Shown in pieces: positions 53,157 through 64,000 of a stretch of DNA of 64,000 nt. The position numbers and the translations under genes were made by a program. Source of the DNA: Octopus sinensis (Eukaryota); NCBI RefSeq assembly GCF_006345805.1, contig NC_042997.1:147684001-147748000 (forward strand). Direction: 5' to 3'. The first letter of the stretch is position 1. Each line of letters begins with the position of its first letter. A model generated the notes under the pieces. It was not told the origin of the DNA. It saw only the letters and a list, made by a program, of their open reading frames with translations, and did no database searches.

Positions 53157-53925
53157 ATGGCGGCGAGCTGACAGAAGCGTTGCTTGCCGGGCAAAATGTT
53201 TAACGGCATTCTGTTCGTCTGTGCGTACTGAGATGAAATTCCGCCGAGGTCGACTTTGCCTTCATCCTTTCAGGGTCGATAATTCAAGTACCAGTTACGC
53301 ACTGGAGTCGATATACTCGACGTAATCCGTTTGTCTGTCCTTGTTTGTCCACTCTATGTTTAGCCCCTTGTGGGTAGTAAAGAAATAGGTATTTCGTCTG
53401 CCGCTACGTTCTGAGTTCAAATTCCGCCGAGGTCAACTTTGCCTTTTATCCGTTCGAGGTCGATTAAATAAGTACCAGTTAGGCACTGGGGTCGATATAA
53501 TCGACTTAATCCGTTTGTCTGTCCTTGTTTGTCCTCTCTGTTTAGCCCCTTGTGGGGAGTAAAGAAATAAGCCTTTTTTCCGTCTGCGCATTCTGAGATG
53601 AAATTCCGCCGAGGCCCGCTTTAACTTTCATCCTTTTGAAGTCTATTTAATCGACTTAGCCACTTCCCACTAAATGCTAGCCTTGTGCAAAAAAAAATGA
53701 AAACAATAAGGTGATGAGCTCGCAGAACCTTTAGCACGCCGGGCAATTTGCTTAGCGGCATTTCATCCGTCAGTACTTTCTGAGTTGAAATTCCGCCGGG
53801 ATCGACTTTACCTTTCACCTTTTCGGCATCGACAGAATAATACCATTTGAGCACTAGAGTCGATGTAATCGACTTGTCCCCACCTCCGAAATTGTTGGCC
53901 TTGTATCAAAATCTGAAACCAATGT
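53157..53925 (+). mobile_element. SINE-B/B'/B trimer (53157-53708) followed by another SINE-B (53709-53925)
   Basis: Two B' tails end at 53387 and 53569; third unit ends in the short tail. Confidence 0.9.
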
Positions 53926-54408
53926 TTTAATCATGATTCGTTTATTAAAACTAACTGTACATAAGTTTGGCGTGTTTATTCTATATCCCTGTACAGTTTC
54001 TGTGTTTTATTGTTTTTAATGCAAATGGAAATAGATCTTTCTCACGTTAGAAGGGGTCACTCCGTTTGCTCGATTAACTGAACTATTAACTGAATGACCG
54101 AGGCTAATTATTCCGTAGACATATAAACTCTAAAGGGAATTCTCAAGAAAAATCAGCAAGGGAGTTTGTATGACATACCGTGACACAACTGATGATGGTA
54201 ATTACGGGTACAATCCATCCGACCAGCTTCTGCAGTCTCTGTCTACCCAATTTTTGTCGTTAAGCTTGGGTCATTCCTAAATGCTTGTAAAGATACATTC
54301 CGAAAATTTTACAGTGAAATTGAACCCAAAAGTCCGTGTTAGCGATTTTTAAACATATATATTTTATTAATAATTTGCCATTTTTGTCCTTAATACTCGA
54401 TATTCATA

Positions 54409-54965
54409 AGGCAGCTAAGGCTGCAAGGTGGCTGAATCGTTAGCACTCCGGGCAAAATGCTTCGCAGCATTTCGTCCGTCTTTACGTTCTGAGTTCAAAT
54501 TCCACAAGTGTCGAATTTGCCTTCCATCTTTTCGAGGTCGATAAAATAACTGCTAGTCAAGTACTGGGATTGATGTAATCAACATAGCCCCTCCCTTGGA
54601 AATGCTGGCCTTGTGCCAGAATTTGAAATCAATATTCATAAGACGGTGATCTGGCAGAATCGTTTGCAGGCTGGGCAAAAGGCTTAGTGGCATTTTGTCC
54701 GTCTTTACATTCTGAGCTCAAATTTTATCGCTCCAGTATCGATAAAATAAGTATCAACTAATTACTAGGTTCGATGTAGTGGACTAGCCGCTTTCCCCGA
54801 AACTACTAGCCTTGTATCACAAATAGAAACAAATATTCACTAGGGTGGCTACCTAGCAGAATCGTTACAACACACAGGAAAAATGATTAGCGGCATTCCG
54901 TGAATCTTTAAGTTGTGAGTTCCAATTTCCCTTGAGGTCGACTCAGCCTTGTACCAAAATTTGTG
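54409..54965 (+). mobile_element. Three head-to-tail SINE-B copies
   Basis: Units start after atattca at 54400, 54632 and 54833. Confidence 0.87.
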
Positions 54966-55510
54966 AAAAAACATGACAGACCCAATTACTAGGGGCTTAA
55001 ATATTAGACTTTGTATCTTTGACCTTTTATATTGCCAGAACAAAATGATTAAATATAATAATAAATAATAAATATAATAATACTACAAGCAAAAGAAATA
55101 AAAATACTGTAACGTCTTTTTGCCTACCTAACAGATGAGAAACAACCTGCATCGTCAGTCACAATTAGTGACAATTGAATTCTTCCTTTTTGACTTTATA
55201 TTGCGTATAGCCGCCTTTGTTATTTTACAATTTTCACATTACCATTTTGCTGTATCAGCCACTGCTTCATATGATAAATATTATATGCTGACAGTTTGGA
55301 TTTAGCCAAGCCACCCAACGATAATAGGCTTTAATTCTAAGCGAATCTAAACTAGTATGGTGATCTCGCCTGCTGTGGGGCGGTTATTTCCTCTGTCAGT
55401 GCATAGACATGTGCTTCTTGCGGCTCTAAGGGCTTTAGCTGTTATTTCTAGGAATGCAGGTGCTACTCTGCACCGACAGGTTCTTTAGATTTTATATTGC
55501 GTATAAACGA

Positions 55511-55596
55511 CGTGATTTCTGGTACTTGACCGAGGAAAGGGGGCTACGAATGACCCGTCCTTAATATATATATATATATATAGAGAGAGATAGATG

Positions 55597-55648
<52 letters not shown>

Positions 55649-55716
55649 TATTGCCCGAAACTGTCGTGATTTCTGGTACTTAGCTGAGGAAAGGAGGCTA
55701 CGAAGGACCTGTCCTT
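55511..55716. repeat. 52-bp imperfect direct repeats (55511-55562, 55665-55716) bracketing (TA)n(GA)n(GATA)n
   Basis: 46/52 identical by eye. Confidence 0.9.
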
Positions 55717-55807
55717 TTTTTTTTGCTTGTCCGTCTAATTCTTGTTTCTCTTGTCCGCTTTTGTATCGTCTATCTGTCCGAATGTCTTATTGTCCTCTAT
55801 TTTTTTT

Positions 55808-55872
<65 letters not shown>

Positions 55873-56530
55873 TTATACATTCGAAAAACCTGTCCAAGGT
55901 GCTACCTGGACAGCTCGAAAGCAAAGTCACTTACGAAGTGAACATCTTAACTGCACACCCATGACATGCATAATCGGTAGAGTACTTCTCCCCATCCCCC
56001 AAAAGACTCCCCCCCCAAACAACAAAAAACAGTGCAACATCAAGTCAGGTCATAACACACGAAATCACGCAGTTGGCTACTTAAACAATTCTCTTCTATC
56101 ATTCCAGGGTAAATAAAATGAAGTAACAGCAATATACTGGGTTTTATCCAACGACCTTATACTAGCAGTGATGTAACGTTTATTGCACTTAGAAATCACT
56201 AAAAGCTGTTTTGGAGATAATAAAGGACAGAACCTTCCTGTGTTTATTTGATATTAGGATGAAATGTAAATCAGAATCTCTTGCGAAAACTGATTCAGAA
56301 TGCAAAGAAATACAGAACAGAAATAAATAAATAAATGAAGATTGAAAGAAAGAAAGAAAACCCCGTTTACAGCGAAAATAGTTATGTGACACATTGTTGT
56401 TGTGCTTCTTTCATCGTTACATGTTTTTTATTTATATAAGAGTATTTAAAAAAAAAAAATAAACCACCAAATTTGATGACGTTCGGACATGCAACATCCA
56501 TTTTATTTGTTAGCGGATGTTTTAATGTTC

Positions 56531-56920
56531 TTTCTTCTTCTTCTTCTTCTTCTTCTTCTTCTTCTTCTTCTTCTTCTTCTTCTTCTTCTTCTTCTTCTTC
56601 TTCTTCTTCTCGTTCTTCTTCTTCTTCTTCATCTCCTCCTCCTCCTCCTCCTCCTCCTCCTCCTTCTTCTTTTTTTCTTCTTCTTCTTCTTCTTCTTCCT
56701 CCTCCTCCTCCTCCCCTCGCCCCACCATTCTCCCCCCTCATCTATCATCTCCTTAGCCTTCTTCACCTACTCCTTCACCTTCTTCGTGTCATCCTACAGC
56801 TCTACGTCGTCGTCGTCGTCGTCCTCCTGTTTCTTCTTTCCCTTCTTCTTCCTTTCTTCCCCATTTTCTCCCTCTCCCTCTCCCTCTCACCCCCCTCTCT
56901 TTCTCTCTCTTTTTGCCCAC
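56531..56920. repeat. (CTT)n/(CCT)n polypyrimidine tract
   Basis: Direct reading; about 78 bp of pure CTT repeat at 56531-56608. Confidence 0.95.
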
Positions 56921-57319
56921 TTTAAATACTGCCTTTTATTAGTAAGAAATTACTCAAGAAATTCAATAAAACTGTACAACAATCAGCAAATGTAATTGGT
57001 TCACAAAACTACACACACACACCAACACTCACACACACACACACAACACACACACACAAACATATAGCATAAAACTTATATATATGTGATTGCATGTATC
57101 AAAGCATACACACGGTCTCACATTATTTACATATAACGTATTGCGTATGCGTGTACGTATGTATAAACAGCATTAACAATAAGAAAAAAATCAGCAATTT
57201 ACAGAAAGAACGGAAAGCTATAACAAGAAAAAAAAACAAAAACAAAACACACATAACGCAGAGCAACAAGAAAGAAACAAATGTAATGGAAAGTGAAAAC
57301 AAAATCCAACATACACATA

Positions 57320-60040
<2,721 letters not shown>

Positions 60041-60359
60041 ACAAATATACATATACACTTGTTTTATTGTTCGATATATAGACTTTATTTTGTGTGTTGC
60101 CTCATATATTGCCGTAAAGATAAAGGAACATGTTAGATAAGGAAAATTGAAAAGTAAAACTAAATATATAAACATTGATAGAAACAAAAACACAAGAACA
60201 CGCACGCAAGATAAAGAGTTTCACAGTGATATTTATTTTAATGTGGATTTCCAATGGAGACAATGAGTTTGTGCTGCGCTGATAAATATGAGGTGTTGCG
60301 TATTCGTTTTTGTTGTTGGTGATGTTTGTAGTGTTATTTCATAGAAAATAAGACGAGAG

Positions 60360-60465
60360 CGGTGGTGGTCGTTGTTGTTGTTGCGGTGGTGGTGGTGGTG
60401 GTGGTGGTGATGGTTGCACTGATGATTAAGTCGATGATGATGATGATAATGATGATGATGATGAC

Positions 60466-60496
<31 letters not shown>

Positions 60497-60583
60497 ATGA
60501 TGATGATGACGATGATGATGACGATGATGATTATTATGATGATGATGATGATGATCTTGATGATAATGATGATGATGATGATA

Positions 60584-60653
<70 letters not shown>

Positions 60654-61506
60654 CGATCGTGATGATGATGATGATTTTCTCTATGTTGGCCATAATCATG
60701 ATGTTGCAGATAATTATGATGACAAAGATTACGACGACCGCGTGGCAGATGATAGGAAATGAGGATGATAATGAACCCGTGATGACGATGACGATTATGA
60801 TGTTGCTGTTGATGATGATAATGATGATGATGATGATATGATGCTGTTGTTGCTGCTGATGATGATTATGATGAGGATGGTGTTGAATACGATAGGGATA
60901 ATGACGAAGGCGATGGTGGTAATGATAATGCTGTTGGTGACGCTGATGATGACGACGACGACGTTTATGATGATGATGTTGATGATGATGATGATGTCGA
61001 CGGCAAAGACAAAGATGACGACGACGACGATGACCATGGTGATGATGTTGATGATGATGTCGACAGCGAAGACATCCATGACATCATCATTATCCCCTCC
61101 TCCTCCTCCTCATCATCATCATCATCAAAATCATCATCATCATCATCATCACTATCTTCGTCGTGACGATGACGATGACAAAAATGATGACGAAAATGAT
61201 AACGATGATGATGAGAAGGAAGCTGAAGATGCTAACTATTATGATCATTATTATTTTCTGGAAGTTGAAAATATTAAAGTTAAAGGTAATGAAATTGATA
61301 ATGTTCATGATGACGATGACGATATTAATTTACTTTTATTACTGGTGATGACGGCGATGACGTTGTTCTTGCTGTCGCTGAAGACAATGAAAAAGATAAT
61401 GACAATGATAGTGTAAATAATAATGATGATGATGGTGATGATGTTGGTGATGCTTTTAGCAATGCTTATGATAATGTTGATGATAATGATGATGATAGTG
61501 ATGATG

Positions 61507-61559
<53 letters not shown>

Positions 61560-62080
61560 GATGTTAGAGAATACAATGATGCCTCTGCTGTCGTTGATTA
61601 CGGTCATGGTGGCGATGGTGCTGTTCTTGTTGTTGTTGTTGCTGTTGAGGGGAAAATCATGTTGTTGCTGATTAATGTGGTAACGAAGCTGCTGCAGCAG
61701 ATAATGCTGTTTCTGGTGGTGACGAAGCTGAAGATTGCCATGGTGGCGGTGGTGGTGGTGGTGGTGCTGGTATAGTGGTTGTGTTGCCGTTGCTGATCCT
61801 GTCAGATATTTTTTCTCATGACGCTGATGATGATGATGATGATAATGATATTTGTAATAACGATAACGATGATGATGATGATGATGATGATGGTCGGGAT
61901 GATAATAACGGTGATGATAATATATTGATGTAGTTGCAGTGATGACGAAGGGTTGATAATGATGATGATGGTGGTGGTGGTGGCGGCAGTGGTATCAGTG
62001 GGGATGATAACGATGATGATGATAATGATATACTTGCAACGATGATGAAAATGATGATGATGATGATGATGATGATGATT
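60360..62080. repeat. About 1.7-kb degenerate (GAT)n/(GGT)n cryptic repeat with a (CAT/CCT)n island at about 61080-61160
   Basis: Direct reading; produces poly-M, poly-I and poly-D ORFs. Confidence 0.93.
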
Positions 62081-62198
62081 AAAGGGATAATGATATCTAA
62101 GAAGTTATTGATGCTGACATGTTTGTTTTTCTACGATGTTTGTTAATAACAAAAGAAATCGAAAATGGAAAGGAAAGAACAAGAGAAAAGCAATAAAA

Positions 62199-62287
<89 letters not shown>

Positions 62288-62523
62288 CAACTGTCAAAGA
62301 GGTAAATGTGGAAATTGTGAGCGTAGAGAAACTAGCGAGAATGAGCTTACTGGTGATACGAATCAACATGCGCAAAAAATAACTGAATAAATAGATAAAA
62401 ATAATAGGAACAAAAAAAATCAACGGTAAAAAAGTCTAGCGTTGTAATTAAGAAATAGATTTTTCTAAAATGAACATCTATGCAGAATTCAATTAAGTAA
62501 AAACGTACAAGCAAGAAATCTCT

Positions 62524-62572
<49 letters not shown>

Positions 62573-63135
62573 CTTGTAGAACACAGTCAGTAGATTTAAT
62601 CACCGATACGATCATAAATACATTGTAACGCATGTATACACAGACATACGGGGACGTTCTACAGTGATGTGCAAATATAGACAAAATAATACATATAAAC
62701 ACACAGATCAACACGCAGTCATTAACGAAGACTAATATATCTGTTGGATGGTAAAATGGTGTGACACGTTTGATGGAGAATATAAAACGAGGGAAGTAAT
62801 TGCTCGCGTTTGATTCTGATTTGCATGCATCATTTATGCTCTCATTAATACCTAGTTCTTGGTTTCAGTGTGCTTACGTGTTTGAGCATATATATATATA
62901 TATATATATATCAGGAGCAAAATTACTGGAGATTCAGTATACACCACGTGGCAAAATTATGAGTTGAAAATATGTGGACAACATATATAAAAAGGGCAAA
63001 AATGCATTCGTTTCACATGGTTTATCTTTTTACAAAGAAGCAGAACAGAAAAGAAAGACAAGCATACTGAATGGCGGTGCTCCATCATGGCCTCAGCTTC
63101 TGGCTAAAACCATTATCATCGTTATCCGGTGGTGG

Positions 63136-63216
63136 TTATTGCACGGATCAATAGCGAAGCAGATAGACTGAAGAGAACGCTCTTCAGTCTGTCTGTTTCG
63201 CCATTGCAAGTGATAG
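63136..63216 (+). other. Strong RNA hairpin (22-bp stem with 2 G.U pairs, 4-nt loop, extendable lower stem); function unknown
   Basis: 63154-63175 gcgaagcagatagactgaagag pairs with 63180-63201 ctcttcagtctgtctgtttcgc around the loop aacg. Confidence 0.6.
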
Positions 63217-63410
63217 GTTTTCTCGTGCACACAGTTGCTTTAGGTGTGGTCTGCCAACATTTGCGTCCCCAGACTTCGGTTCCTATAGAAGAACATCGCT
63301 AGTGATCTCATCCTTTAATCTTCAGCCGTATTCAGCAACTCTGGTGGGGCCAAAACCAACTCAGAGGCATCAACACATACATAGACAATCTTCTTTACAC
63401 ACACACAAAT

Positions 63411-63444
<34 letters not shown>

Positions 63445-64000
63445 ACATACACGCATTTCTAAGTTGTGTAATAAAATTTGTGAAACGCACTTCTTGAACA
63501 AATATACGTATATACATGCATAAAAATCCTCCGCTTATATAGGACTAAACCCTCCGCTTGTATGAGCCTAAATGAAATCAAAAGAACACATATATCACTC
63601 TTCATATCAAATTAATTAAACATATTCTTATAGAACCCACGAGCCGTTTCTTGTCTTGTTTAACAGAAGATACTTGAAGTTCTAAATAACGCGCACCATT
63701 AATATTGTTAGATATCATCTTCTCTAAATATAATTATTTCCTCGCTCAAATATGTCTTTTAGGCTTTCTATTTACTGCAGTGATTACATTGCGATATCAT
63801 GAAAAATATCATGCAACACTTGTATTGTCAAAAACCTTTATCAATTGAAATTCATGACGTGCTTGCATGGGAAAATGTATTTTCATTTTCTAGAATTACC
63901 GATGCTTAGGTTAAAAAAAAGTAAAACTCTATCGTTTTCGTGCTAAAAACGTCAAGTTAAGTGGCATTTATGAAAATGTTTTGTTTCATAACAATGGTTT

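Noticed and set aside
53157-54965. CRISPR-like array of repeated units
   Set aside because: Units are about 170-230-bp diverged SINEs with no repeat-spacer structure, no cas genes, and a eukaryotic context.
55650-55716. Hammerhead ribozyme (GAAAC...GTC...CTGAGGA)
   Set aside because: Core words are present but stems I and II cannot be formed in either permutation.
56382-56995. Poly-E/K/S/L ORFs
   Set aside because: Translations of the CTT/CCT tract.

Overview
AT-rich, microsatellite-saturated metazoan DNA, most consistent with an octopus (coleoid cephalopod) genome. That assignment is an inference from the SINE heads and repeat landscape, not a database hit. I found no intact host protein-coding gene, tRNA/rRNA gene or CRISPR array; almost all ORF-track entries are translations of (TA)n, (CA)n, (GAT)n, (AAT)n or (CTT)n tracts. 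The window reads as intergenic or deep-intronic DNA built from: four tRNA-derived SINE families (my labels A-D, roughly 40 copies or fragments); two pieces of L1/Tx1-clade LINEs (a 3' end at 13.8-14.55 kb, and a 5'UTR+ORF1+ORF2 start at 47.6-49.5 kb); a decayed Ty3/Gypsy pol (35.6-37.7 kb); Penelope-like remnants; and TIR elements. Best lead: a SINE-B variant (B') ends in a tail resembling the 3' end of the Tx1-type LINE in this window, including a 4-bp stem/5-nt loop with a compensatory base change just before AATAAA. B' sits repeatedly inside the heads of other SINE-B copies, once with a perfect 14-bp target-site duplication. This suggests a LINE-SINE partnership that builds nested SINE multimers. 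Other leads: a perfect 96-bp inverted-repeat element, a 150-bp fold-back palindrome inside a SINE, and a pre-miRNA-sized hairpin at 63.15 kb. All alignments were done by eye, and novelty relative to Dfam/Repbase/SINEBase could not be checked.
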